Shown one piece after another: positions 1 through 8,744 of a stretch of 64,000 nt of DNA. The position numbers and the translations under genes are program-made. Each line of letters opens with the position of its first letter. The stretch's first letter is position 1. The DNA is from an uncultured virus (IMG/VR IMGVR_UViG_3300011969_000080) (Duplodnaviria; Heunggongvirae; Uroviricota; Caudoviricetes). Under the pieces are notes generated by a model. That model made no database searches. It saw only the letters and a program-made list of their open reading frames with translations, and was not told where the DNA came from. Location of the stretch: IMG/VR virus record IMGVR_UViG_3300011969_000080, one strand, 5' to 3'.

Positions 1-285
1 ACCTTTGCCGAAGCCTGCCTGGGGGCAACGGTGCGGGTGCCCGTGCTGTCTGGTGCCCCCGTCAGCGTCAGGATCGCCGCCGGGACAGCGGGCGGGCAGG
101 TACTGCGCGTCAAGGGCCGGGGTGTTGTCACCGGTGAGCGCACAGGCGACCTGCTGGTCCGGGTGCGCGTGGTGGTCCCCCGGCAGCTGTCTGACAAAGC
201 CCGCGAGGCGCTCGGGGTGCTGCGTGCTGAGGACGCTGCCACAGACCCCCGCGCAGACGTATTTGCGCACGCCACAGAGCGCTGA
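1..285 (+). CDS. dnaJ: DnaJ-family chaperone, C-terminal part (5' end outside window)
   Basis: Frame 1 reads TFAEACLGATVRVP...GQVLRVKGRG...GDLLVRVRVVVPRQLS, typical DnaJ C-terminal substrate-binding domain. Confidence 0.85.
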   Translation, partial: TFAEACLGATVRVPVLSGAPVSVRIAAGTAGGQVLRVKGRGVVTGERTGDLLVRVRVVVPRQLSDKAREALGVLRAEDAATDPRADVFAHATER

Positions 286-294
286 CCAGCCCGC

Positions 295-322
295 TTGCGT
301 TATCCCCGTCAGCCCCCACAGT
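295..322 (+). promoter_or_regulatory. Example of the element-wide promoter motif, followed by a leaderless ATG
   Basis: TTGCGT(295-300)-N16-CACAGT(317-322)-N7-ATG(330); the same architecture recurs at dozens of gene starts. Confidence 0.75.
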
Positions 323-329
323 GAAGGTC

Positions 330-1079
330 ATGAACCGCACACCGCTAACCACTGAGTTCCTGACCACCCGCTACGTTCGGGACGGCGCCACCTTCGGCGA
401 GCTCGCCGCCGAGACCGGCTGGTCCTCCACCAAGATCCGCAACGCCATGCACGACGCCGAGCTGCCCATCCGCCCGCGGGGTGGCGTGACCCTTTCTGGG
501 GCCCTCACCGCGGACTACCTCGCCCAGCGGTACACGACCGACGCCGCCAGCGTCGTCGACATCGCCGCGGAGACCGGCCTCTCCGCCGCCACTGTCCTGC
601 GAGCCATGCGCCGCGGCCGTGTGGCCACTGACGTCGCCCACCGGCGCGGGTCGCGGTACGCCAGCGTCCTCACTCGGGACTTCCTCATCGGGCTGTACAT
701 GTTCGATGGGTCATCCGCTGCTGCGATCGCGTCAGAGGTTGGCTGCTCCACCCAGACCGTCCTGACGGCCCTGCGCAACCACGGGCTCACCGTCCGGGTC
801 CAGAAGGCCCCGCCGATCGCCCGCGAGCAGCTGCTCGACCTGTACATCACCCAGGGCCACGCCGCCGGCTTCGTCGCGAACGCCCTCGGCGTCTCCCGCG
901 GCACGCTCAACGCGGCCCTCATTCGCGAGCACCTGCCCACCCCGCGGCAGATGCGCCAGGCCCTGGGTGACACCGGGCTGACCGTTGCCGCGGCGTACCA
1001 GGCGCTGGCCACCTACGTCCCCACGGACGAGCCGGGCACCTGCGTGCTCGCCGCGGCGTGGGCCCTCGCAGCCCGGTAA
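330..1079 (+). CDS. Tandem helix-turn-helix repeat DNA-binding protein
   Basis: Four repeats of L...Y......IA.E.G.S..TV..AL; start placed 7 nt after CCCACAGT. Confidence 0.7.
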   Translation: MNRTPLTTEFLTTRYVRDGATFGELAAETGWSSTKIRNAMHDAELPIRPRGGVTLSGALTADYLAQRYTTDAASVVDIAAETGLSAATVLRAMRRGRVATDVAHRRGSRYASVLTRDFLIGLYMFDGSSAAAIASEVGCSTQTVLTALRNHGLTVRVQKAPPIAREQLLDLYITQGHAAGFVANALGVSRGTLNAALIREHLPTPRQMRQALGDTGLTVAAAYQALATYVPTDEPGTCVLAAAWALAAR

Positions 1080-1167
1080 GGCCCGCTGCACGCCCATTGC
1101 GATTGCGTCACCCGCCTCCACGGTGTGTGCGGAGGCGCCCACCGCGCCCACTACTACTGGAGCCCCC

Positions 1168-1653
1168 ATGCCCTGCGACCGCAACACCCCCTGCGACCAC
1201 CACGCCACCCCCTCACCGTTCCGCCCCGGGGAGGCCCTTTTCGTGGGTGCCGAAACAGGCGGAGGCAAGTCGGCCGTGCTGTACCCCCCCCATCTGCGCG
1301 GAGTGTCCGAGGCAATGTGGCAAGAGGCTCTCGGGTTCGCCGAACAGGGCATATCCGTGCTGCTGTTTTCCCTGGAGGACGCGGGTGCGGGACACCTGTC
1401 CAGGCTGATGGCCAACTGCTCTCGCCTCGACGTCCCCAGCCTCCCGCAGCTGGACCTTAGCGTGGTCTACGGGCCGGCGACGTACAGTGGGGTTGCAAGT
1501 GCTGTGCGCGAATGGGAGGCCACCCGCCGTCCCGGGGTCGTCATGCTCGACCGGACGACTGCCGTAGTTCTGGACGGCACCGAACCTGCGGGTCTGCTTC
1601 CCGAGCTGCACGTTCTCGACTTTGCCACCCGCCACATGACGTTCATCGCCTGA
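1168..1653 (+). CDS. Short DnaB/RecA-fold ATPase-like protein, probably degenerate
   Basis: FRPGEALFVGAETGGGKS (Walker A) and VLLFSLE as in the DnaB C-terminal domain; GGAG RBS; promoter motif 1097-1124. Confidence 0.55.
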   Translation: MPCDRNTPCDHHATPSPFRPGEALFVGAETGGGKSAVLYPPHLRGVSEAMWQEALGFAEQGISVLLFSLEDAGAGHLSRLMANCSRLDVPSLPQLDLSVVYGPATYSGVASAVREWEATRRPGVVMLDRTTAVVLDGTEPAGLLPELHVLDFATRHMTFIA

Positions 1654-1740
1654 CGGGCCCACCCCGCCGGCACACCTGCTGCGCACACACAGCGAGGCAC
1701 CCCCAGCCGTCGACGGCTGGGGGTGCTTGGTTGCGATCGG

Positions 1741-2244
1741 TCAGAACGCGTTGGCGAACGGGTTCCCCGAGTCTGCGGCGGGGGCAGCCGCGGGGGCAGC
1801 TGCGGGGGCCGCGGGCTTGGGGGTTGCAGGGGCCGCGGACTTGGGGGCTACCGGAGCCTGCGGGGCCACCTGACCGGTGGGACGGTCGCGCTCGACGCCG
1901 GTGACCATCTGGTAGATCAGCGAGATGCCGACGGTGGCGTCCTTGACCTCGGTGACCGAGCGCTTGTCGCCGGCGGAGGTCTCGTAGTCGCGGGTGCGGA
2001 CCTTGCCAGTCACGATGACCTGGGTTCCGCGGGCCACGGCTGCGGCGACGTGCTCGGCCTGGTCTGCCCAGACCTCGATGTCGATGAACAGCTGGTCGCC
2101 GTCCTTCCACTCGTTCGTCACGCGATCCAGGACCCTGTCGCGGCAGGCGACGCGCAGCTTCAGCGCTGCCCGGCCTGAGGTGGTGAAGCGGAGCTCCGGG
2201 TCGTTGCAGACGGAGCCGACGATGGTGATGGTTGGGAGCGACAT
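1741..2244 (-). CDS. ssb: Single-stranded DNA-binding protein
   Basis: ITIVGSVCNDPELRFTTSG...WKDGDQLFIDIEVW...VIVTGKVRTRDYET; Pro/Ala linker; minus-strand promoter motif 2301-2328. Confidence 0.93.
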   Translation of the reverse strand: MSLPTITIVGSVCNDPELRFTTSGRAALKLRVACRDRVLDRVTNEWKDGDQLFIDIEVWADQAEHVAAAVARGTQVIVTGKVRTRDYETSAGDKRSVTEVKDATVGISLIYQMVTGVERDRPTGQVAPQAPVAPKSAAPATPKPAAPAAAPAAAPAADSGNPFANAF

Positions 2245-2472
2245 GGGGTGCTGCCTTTCTGGGTGCGGGCGCAGGGGCGCCCCTAGGGGGGTTGCCCTGG
2301 ACTGTGGGGGCTGGCGGGCGCCCCGCAACGTGGCCCGCTGGCCCGCTGGGGGCGCCGAAAGGTAACCCGCCGCGCCCCTGTGCCGCGGAGCAGTGCGCAC
2401 CGGTACGGCGACACGGGCGGCCGCGCCGTTTGTCAGGTTGGCCGGCCGGTGCAGGCACCCACGGTCATTACC

Positions 2473-3669
2473 ATGATGAGGGCGTTCAAGTTCCGGCTGT
2501 ATCCGACGAGCAAGCAGCGTGACGCTCTCGGGATGATGTGTGCTGCACACGCCGAGTTGTACAACGCCGGTCTGCAAGAACGCAGGGACGCCTGGCGGAT
2601 GCGTGGGAAGTCAATCGGCGTGTATTCACAGATGTTGCAGCTGAAGGAGATCCGGGCGGATCGGCCGGACCAGCAGATGTGGTCAGCCGCATCACAGAAC
2701 CAGACGTTGCGCCGGCTGGACAAGGCATTCACGGCGTTCTTCCGCCGGGCCAAAGCCGGGGAGACGCCAGGGTACCCGAGGTTTCGAGCCGCAGCCCGGT
2801 TCGATTCGGTGGACTTCATTCACGGGGACGGGATCAAGCTCCACCCGGAGGAGAAGCGGCTGTACGTGATGGGTGTGGGCCACGTGAGGGTTCGCCAGCA
2901 CCGCCCGCTACCTGAGGGCGCCGTTCTCAAGACGGTGACGGTGAAGCGCGAGGGGTCGGGGCCCCGGGCCCGCTGGTTTGTGGTCGTCCCGCTCGAAGTT
3001 GCCCCAACGCCCCTGCCGCCCTCTGGTGCAATCACCGGCATTGACATGGGTGTGGCGTCGTTCGCGACCACATCCGAGGGTGAGTTTCTGCCCAACCCGA
3101 GGTTCGGGAAGTCCGCAGCGGACAAGTTGGCCGCTGCCCAACGGGCGCTCTCCGGCCGCAAACGTGGGTCCAACCGGCGCCAGAAGGCCGCCGAGCGGGT
3201 CGCCGCTTTGCACGGCGTGGTCCGGCGGCAGCGCCTGGACCACGCACACAAAACCGCACTGAAACTTGTCCAAGACCACGACGTCATCTGCCACGAGAAG
3301 CTCCGGATCCGGAACATGACCCGGCGGGCGAAACCCAAACCCGACCCAGACAACCCCGGAACATTCCTGCCGAACGGTCAGGCTGCAAAGTCCGGCCTGA
3401 ACAAGTCCATACTAGACGCGGGATGGGGGCTGTTCCTGGGTGTGTTGACCGCCAAAGCTGAGAAGGCTGGACGTGAAACTGTTCCGGTACCAGCCGCCAA
3501 CACTTCTCGCACCTGTGTTGAGTGCGGGAACTGCGAGAAGGCGAACAGGCCGTCCCAGGCCGTGTTCGTCTGCCAGCTGTGCGGGTTCACGGGTCATGCC
3601 GACGTTGTTGGTGCGATCAACATTTTGCGGGCAGGAACTGCCCTTCGCCAAGCCGCGCACGCGGTCTAA
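2473..3669 (+). CDS. tnpB: IS200/IS605-type RNA-guided nuclease TnpB, no tnpA nearby
   Basis: RAFKFRLYPT N-terminus; RuvC GIDMG / CHEKL / HADVVGAINI intact; CxxC...CxxC zinc ribbon; ATG 7 nt after CCCACGGT. Confidence 0.93.
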   Translation: MMRAFKFRLYPTSKQRDALGMMCAAHAELYNAGLQERRDAWRMRGKSIGVYSQMLQLKEIRADRPDQQMWSAASQNQTLRRLDKAFTAFFRRAKAGETPGYPRFRAAARFDSVDFIHGDGIKLHPEEKRLYVMGVGHVRVRQHRPLPEGAVLKTVTVKREGSGPRARWFVVVPLEVAPTPLPPSGAITGIDMGVASFATTSEGEFLPNPRFGKSAADKLAAAQRALSGRKRGSNRRQKAAERVAALHGVVRRQRLDHAHKTALKLVQDHDVICHEKLRIRNMTRRAKPKPDPDNPGTFLPNGQAAKSGLNKSILDAGWGLFLGVLTAKAEKAGRETVPVPAANTSRTCVECGNCEKANRPSQAVFVCQLCGFTGHADVVGAINILRAGTALRQAAHAV

Positions 3670-3723
3670 CGAGAAGCCCCGTCCGTAGGGCGGGGAGGTT
3701 CACATCGATGAACAGCTGGTCGC
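3600..3723 (+). ncRNA. Predicted omegaRNA (right-end scaffold to 3703, guide from 3704); 5' boundary uncertain
   Basis: GAAGCCCCGTCC-GTA-GGGCGGGGAGGTTCAC hairpin ending in TCAC directly after tnpB, typical of an IS200/IS605 right end. Confidence 0.65.
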
Positions 3724-3847
3724 CGTCGCGCCATTCGCCGGCGGCCTTGTCCAGGACGCGGTCCCGGCGGGCAACGCGCAACTTCAGCGCCGCCCGCCGG
3801 GGGGTGGTGTGGCGGAGCTCGGGGCCGTTGCAGACGGAGCCGACGAT
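3704..3847 (-). pseudogene. ssb: Truncated, diverged copy of the ssb 5' half
   Basis: IVGSVCNGPELRHTTPRRAALKLRVARRDRVLDKAAGEWRDGDQLFID aligns without gaps to ssb 2080-2223; cut exactly at the TnpB right end. Confidence 0.85.
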
Positions 3848-4011
3848 AGGGGGTGCCGCGGGGTCGGCCGGCAACGTGGTGGCCCCACCTGGCCCGCCCA
3901 GGAAGTAGATCGCCGTAACCCCTTGTGCCGCGGTCCCGCGCGCTAAAGGTGGTAGGGGTCAAGGGGAACATCCCCAGGAACGAAACCAAACCATCACTGA
4001 AAGGAACTCCC

Positions 4012-4290
4012 ATGCGCCGGCTTCCAACGCCTGCCCGTCTCGTCGTGTCCGTTCTCGTGTACGCCGTCATCCCGCTTGGTATCGCTTCAGCCTTCGTCCA
4101 CACGGACAAGGTACCGCCTACCACGGGTACCGCGGCACAACAGACCGCATCCACGACCCCACAAGCCCGGCAGATTGCCTACTGGGAGAAGCGCATCCCC
4201 GCTATGCGTGTCCAGTCCATCACGGCCACCAGGGTTGTGATGGTCTCCCGCAAGGGCCCCGCCAAGATGCTGATCTTCAGCATCAACTGA
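4012..4290 (+). CDS. Small secreted or membrane hypothetical protein
   Basis: GAAAGGA RBS; hydrophobic N-terminus; promoter TTGTGC-N16-AAAGGT at 3923-3950. Confidence 0.65.
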   Translation: MRRLPTPARLVVSVLVYAVIPLGIASAFVHTDKVPPTTGTAAQQTASTTPQARQIAYWEKRIPAMRVQSITATRVVMVSRKGPAKMLIFSIN

Positions 4291-4322
4291 CAGGGCAGCG
4301 CCTGCTGACCCCGAGAGCTACG

Positions 4323-4370
4323 AGCTCCCGCCACCGCCCGTTGAGGGCACGTGTGGCGGGAGCTTTTTTG
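4323..4370 (+). terminator. Rho-independent terminator
   Basis: AGCTCCCGCCAC...GTGGCGGGAGCT stem followed by a T run. Confidence 0.75.
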
Positions 4371-4456
4371 CCCTCAGCCAGGCCGCGGGCGTCCGGAGGG
4401 GCGGCCCCCACAGTTCCCCCCATGACCCACGCACCCGCCCCGAAGAGCGCCGCGCC

Positions 4457-5431
4457 ATGTCTGTGAACCCGGCGCGCACCCACTATGACGTCCTCGCCGT
4501 GAGGGACGACGCACCCGTTGGCGTCATCAAGGCGGCCTTCAACGCGATGGCGAAGCAGCACCACCCCGACCGGGCCGGTGGTGACGCCGCGCTGTTCTCC
4601 GAGATGACGGAGGCCATGAGCGTCCTGACTGACGCCCGCGCCCGCGCGGACTACGACCGGGAGCTGCGGGCTTCTCGGCCGGCCACCGCCAGTGGGAGCG
4701 TGCCCCGCGAGCAGCCGACTACCCGGCACACGCCCCGCGCCGCGACGACGGCACCAGTCCGCCCCGCGACGACGCGGGGGGCCTCAACTGCATACCGCCC
4801 ACCCGCCGCTGTGGCCACGCCCACGCGTGCTGACGCACATCCTGCGCTCGCGGCCAGCCACCCGCTGCAGCTGTGGCTGCCGATGACCGTGGCCATGGGG
4901 CTGAGCGTCGTAGCCACCGTACTGGTGTCCCGCGCTGCGGGCCCCGCTGGCACCGGGGCTGCGGGGCGTGACAGCTACCTGAGCGCGGCCCTCTTCATGG
5001 TGCTCGGCGCGGGGATCATGCTCCTGGTTGGCGGGCACCTGCTCGAGCGGCGGGCCGCCCTGGCCCGGCTCGGCGCGCAAGCCGTACTGGGCATCTGTGC
5101 CGCGTGGGCCGTGGCGGCCACGCTCGTCAACGTGACTGGCTTTGGGGGCGTGGGCGCGTTCCTACCATCCGCCGCGTACGTGGCCCTTGGTGTACTCTCC
5201 GCGGCCGCCCTTCCGCTGGTGTTCCTCGCGGTCCTCACAACAGGCGTCCTGGCAAACGACGGGGTACGTGCCCGGGACTGGCGCACCGTCTACCTGCGCC
5301 GCCTGGCACTCGAAACCGCTGCGGAGACGGGCCGCTGCCTGTGGGCCGTGCTGCGGGACGTGGGTGCCGTCCTGCGCGACGCGGCCACCGGCCTCCTGCA
5401 CACCGCCGTCCGGGCGTCCCGGAAGGACTGA
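4457..5431 (+). CDS. J-domain membrane protein
   Basis: THYDVLAV...IKAAF...HHPD...LTDARARADYD, then about 4 hydrophobic segments. Confidence 0.85.
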   Translation: MSVNPARTHYDVLAVRDDAPVGVIKAAFNAMAKQHHPDRAGGDAALFSEMTEAMSVLTDARARADYDRELRASRPATASGSVPREQPTTRHTPRAATTAPVRPATTRGASTAYRPPAAVATPTRADAHPALAASHPLQLWLPMTVAMGLSVVATVLVSRAAGPAGTGAAGRDSYLSAALFMVLGAGIMLLVGGHLLERRAALARLGAQAVLGICAAWAVAATLVNVTGFGGVGAFLPSAAYVALGVLSAAALPLVFLAVLTTGVLANDGVRARDWRTVYLRRLALETAAETGRCLWAVLRDVGAVLRDAATGLLHTAVRASRKD

Positions 5432-5474
5432 GGGCCCGGTTGCGACCGCGGCCCCGCCATCCACGGTGTGCCGT

Positions 5475-6044
5475 ATGAGCAGCCAGGATGTCAGCCGACC
5501 CGACCCGGGTAACCGTTCCCGCACCGTCGCAGTGCGCCGGACCGCGGACCCCGTCGCCGCGCCCGCCGAGGAGGGCCAGCTCGCCGAGGTTCCCCATAGT
5601 GGCCGACTTATCAAGACTCCCGGCTCCGCACCGGCGCCCCGTCCCTCCCTCGCTGGCGCGCTCGACCGCTTTCGCCGCCGCGACTTGGCACCCGGCACTG
5701 CGCGGCCCGACGAAGGCGCGCCAGCGGCCGCCCCCCGCGGGTGGCCCAAGTGGGCCGCCGTTGCGGTACTGCTGATCACCCTGGCGGCGCTCGGGTCGCC
5801 CGCCGACTGGGCATTCCTCGCCGGGCTGTGTGCCATGATCCCGATCATGCACGGCCTGTTCCTGTACGTGCTCAAGGTCTGGGTGTTTGGGCATTCGGAC
5901 GGGAGCCGTCTGCACGGCCGGAAGGCTGGGTCGCGGTTCTGGCGGTTCTATGGCCGCTGGTTCTGGAAGGTGGCCGCCTTCTTGGCGGCCGGGGCGGGCC
6001 TCTCGTACCTGCTGCGCGCAGGGATGTCCGCTCTACTGGGCTGA
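5475..6044 (+). CDS. Family C membrane protein
   Basis: MSSQDVSRPDPGNRSRTVAVR N-terminus shared with 6603 and 8077; TM segments; TTGCGA-N16-CACGGT-N7-ATG. Confidence 0.7.
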   Translation: MSSQDVSRPDPGNRSRTVAVRRTADPVAAPAEEGQLAEVPHSGRLIKTPGSAPAPRPSLAGALDRFRRRDLAPGTARPDEGAPAAAPRGWPKWAAVAVLLITLAALGSPADWAFLAGLCAMIPIMHGLFLYVLKVWVFGHSDGSRLHGRKAGSRFWRFYGRWFWKVAAFLAAGAGLSYLLRAGMSALLG

Positions 6045-6088
6045 GCGCGCCCGCTGGGCTGGCGCGCCCGGCGCCCACGGTTGGGTCC

Positions 6089-6553
6089 ATGACCACCGAC
6101 CGGAGCCACAAGCGCGGGGCTCTTACCCGCCGCACCGACCCGCAACCGTCCGCGGATCTGGTGAAGGCACCACACCGCGGGCGGCTTGCCAAGCCCACCG
6201 GCGCCACCGGGGTGGCGCCGCGCAGCACCGGTGGCGGGGTTCTTGACCGCCTCCGCCCACGCGACCTGGTCCGGCGCCCCCCGGAGCCAGCAGTTTCCGA
6301 CGTGCCCGCCGCGGTGCCCGCCTCCCGCCGCTGGGTCGGTGTCGTCGTTGGCCTGCTCTTCGCCGCCATCCTGCCCGCGCTCGTGTGGGGGATCACCGCA
6401 GCCGCCCTCGCAGCCACTGCCGCCCTGAACGCCGGGGCGGACATGGGGCGCACGCACGGCACCCGGTGGGCCCTGAAGGGGGCCGCCTTCTGCTGTGCAG
6501 CTGCTGCCGTTTCCGGCCTCGTGCGCGCGGGGTTCACCGCGCTCCTAGGCTGA
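6089..6553 (+). CDS. Family C membrane protein
   Basis: RRTDP...PHRGRL motif and C-terminal RAGxxALLG shared with 5475; motif-defined start. Confidence 0.65.
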   Translation: MTTDRSHKRGALTRRTDPQPSADLVKAPHRGRLAKPTGATGVAPRSTGGGVLDRLRPRDLVRRPPEPAVSDVPAAVPASRRWVGVVVGLLFAAILPALVWGITAAALAATAALNAGADMGRTHGTRWALKGAAFCCAAAAVSGLVRAGFTALLG

Positions 6554-6602
6554 GTACCCCGCGCAGGCCGGGTTTCCCAGCCGACCCCCCACGGTGGGGT
6601 GT

Positions 6603-7169
6603 ATGAGCAGCCAGGACGTCCGCCGACCCGACCCGGGTAACCGGTCCCGCACCGTAGCGGTGCGCCCAGCCGACGCCCCCAGAGCGGGCCCAGACAACGG
6701 GGCACCCTACACGGGCCGCCTCTCCCGCCCGCACCGGCAGCCCGGAGACCGTCGTCGCCCCCGTTGGTGGACGCTCGCGGCAGCCGCGCTGCTCCTGGTT
6801 GGCGCCGCAGTGTGGGGCCCCGGCCTGTACAGCCACTTCCACCACCCCGCGCCGGTAGTCGCCGTGCCAACCACCAAACTCACGTATGGCACCCCGGTCG
6901 TGTCAGCCGGGGGGTGCGCTGGCGCCGAACGCTCCGAGCCACCCGCGTTCACCGTCTCCCTCGATGGTGGGGTTGTCCTCACGTACTCGCCCTACGCGTC
7001 GCCGAGCTGGATCGCGGGACACTTCGACGCCGCCGAGGGAGTATCCACGATGGGGCTGTCCCCCGCCCTGGATGGGGCCACGGCGCGCCTCGGGGCGTTT
7101 GTCGTTGCTGCGGACCCCACCCACCACGTTTACCAGTTCGTTGGCGCGTGGCCGCGGTGCCAGCCGTGA
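6603..7169 (+). CDS. Family C single-pass membrane protein
   Basis: Paralog of 8077; RWW...AVWGPGLYS TM segment; motif-defined start. Confidence 0.7.
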   Translation: MSSQDVRRPDPGNRSRTVAVRPADAPRAGPDNGAPYTGRLSRPHRQPGDRRRPRWWTLAAAALLLVGAAVWGPGLYSHFHHPAPVVAVPTTKLTYGTPVVSAGGCAGAERSEPPAFTVSLDGGVVLTYSPYASPSWIAGHFDAAEGVSTMGLSPALDGATARLGAFVVAADPTHHVYQFVGAWPRCQP

Positions 7170-7987
7170 GGGCCTACCGCGCCGTGGGCGCCGTGCTGCT
7201 CGCCACGCTACTGTCCTCCTGCGGCAACTCCGCCGCCCCGCCGCCCCACGGGATGTTCTGGGGTCCGGAGCAGGGCCACGACGAGGGCCTGGTAGTGCTG
7301 ACCACAACAACGGCAACCGCCTCGGGTTGTGTCACTCGTGCCGCGGGCGCACCGTCAAGCGCGGACCGCCTGCCCGCCTTCACCCTGACCGCTGAGGGCC
7401 AGTTCCTTGGCACCTGGGACCCGACGAGCGCCATGTTCTCATCCCCGGTCGGGGACATTCTCGAGTACGACTTTGCCCCGGTCGCGAAGCCACACAACGG
7501 GCAGTACCAGATCACCGGCTCTCTAATCACCCGCCGGCAGGGCTGGGGTGGCTTCAATGGCAATCTGGAATTTGATGCGAGCTGGCCGGTGTGTGCGGGG
7601 CGCCCCACCGTGCGACCGCCGGGTGCCCCCGGCAGCTGGACCAGCAGTGACCTCCTCGTCGAGGGGGTACCACTCATCCCGTACCGCACGGGCTGTGTCC
7701 CCCTGACAAAGAACCCCAGCTTCAGCTCGCCGTTCACCTTCACCATCAGGCAGGCCGGGACCGTAATCGCCACCTGGGATGTCAAAACGGGCCAACTCAT
7801 GGGCCCCGTTGGTGGGGCCGTGGCCTACGACTTCAACCTGGCCTTCACCGCCGGCGGGCTGATCCACGCCAGGGGGACTATCACCCCCGCCGGACCCTAC
7901 GACCCGGACCACCCCGGCCACGCCCTTGACCCAACCCACTACCCCAACCCACAACCGTTCGACGTGTCCTGGCCCCACTGCCCCTGA
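7166..7987 (+). CDS. Putative lipoprotein with a duplicated novel domain
   Basis: GTGA overlap with the upstream stop; LLSSC lipobox; SSADRLPAFTLT..WDP..VGDIL.Y domain shared with 8745 and 9657. Confidence 0.7.
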   Translation: MRAYRAVGAVLLATLLSSCGNSAAPPPHGMFWGPEQGHDEGLVVLTTTTATASGCVTRAAGAPSSADRLPAFTLTAEGQFLGTWDPTSAMFSSPVGDILEYDFAPVAKPHNGQYQITGSLITRRQGWGGFNGNLEFDASWPVCAGRPTVRPPGAPGSWTSSDLLVEGVPLIPYRTGCVPLTKNPSFSSPFTFTIRQAGTVIATWDVKTGQLMGPVGGAVAYDFNLAFTAGGLIHARGTITPAGPYDPDHPGHALDPTHYPNPQPFDVSWPHCP

Positions 7988-8076
7988 CCCCGGGTTCGGG
8001 GAGATGAGAGTCGCCGGTCGTGCCCCGGACGCGACGCCCCATTGACCAGTGGGCGCGGGCGCCCACGGTGGGGCAC

Positions 8077-8706
8077 ATGAGCGACAACCATGGCCCCCTG
8101 CGGCCCGACCCAACGAACAGGGCCCGTACGGTCGCTGTTCGCCGGGCCGACGCCCCCAGCCCGGACCCGGACAACGGGGCGCCCCACACGGGGCGTCTCT
8201 CTCGCCCAGCCGGGCAGCCCGGCGACCGCCGGCGCCTCCCCCGCTGGTGGGCGTTCGCGGCAGCCGCGCTGCTCGCAGTCGGCGCCGTCGTGTGGGGCCC
8301 CGGCCTGTACAGCAACTTCCGGCACCCGGCGCCGGCCGCCGCAACCAGGGCGCCTGCCCCCCAGCCGGCCGCGCCCACCACCAAGCCCGCGCCCGTCACC
8401 ACCAAGCCTGTCGTCGTACCTCCGCCGCGCGTGTACGGCATCCCGATCGTATCCGTCATGGCGTGCCCGGCCGGCAAAATCTCCCCGCCGGGGTTCACTG
8501 TGTCCCTTGACGGTGCGGTTGTCGCCACCGGCTTATGGGGGTTCTTCGGGGACAGCATCACCCCCGCAGCCGGGGTCAGGCTGGGGGTCAGGCACCGTGA
8601 GTCCGCCCTGCTTACCCCCAGGGCGGATCGCGGCGAGTTCGTCCTGGCCAAGGACCCCGGGCACGCCTACCGGTGGGCTGCCGTGTGGGGTGACAACCCA
8701 TGCTGA
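8077..8706 (+). CDS. Family C single-pass membrane protein
   Basis: Paralog of 6603; Pro/Thr linker; CCCACGGT-N7-ATG. Confidence 0.7.
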   Translation: MSDNHGPLRPDPTNRARTVAVRRADAPSPDPDNGAPHTGRLSRPAGQPGDRRRLPRWWAFAAAALLAVGAVVWGPGLYSNFRHPAPAAATRAPAPQPAAPTTKPAPVTTKPVVVPPPRVYGIPIVSVMACPAGKISPPGFTVSLDGAVVATGLWGFFGDSITPAAGVRLGVRHRESALLTPRADRGEFVLAKDPGHAYRWAAVWGDNPC

Positions 8707-8744
8707 CGAGCGAGTCCGCGGGGGGCGCCCGCACAGTCCCCCGT

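Noticed and set aside
1168..1653. Functional replicative helicase DnaB
   Set aside because: Only about 160 aa; lacks the N-terminal domain and the downstream conserved motifs
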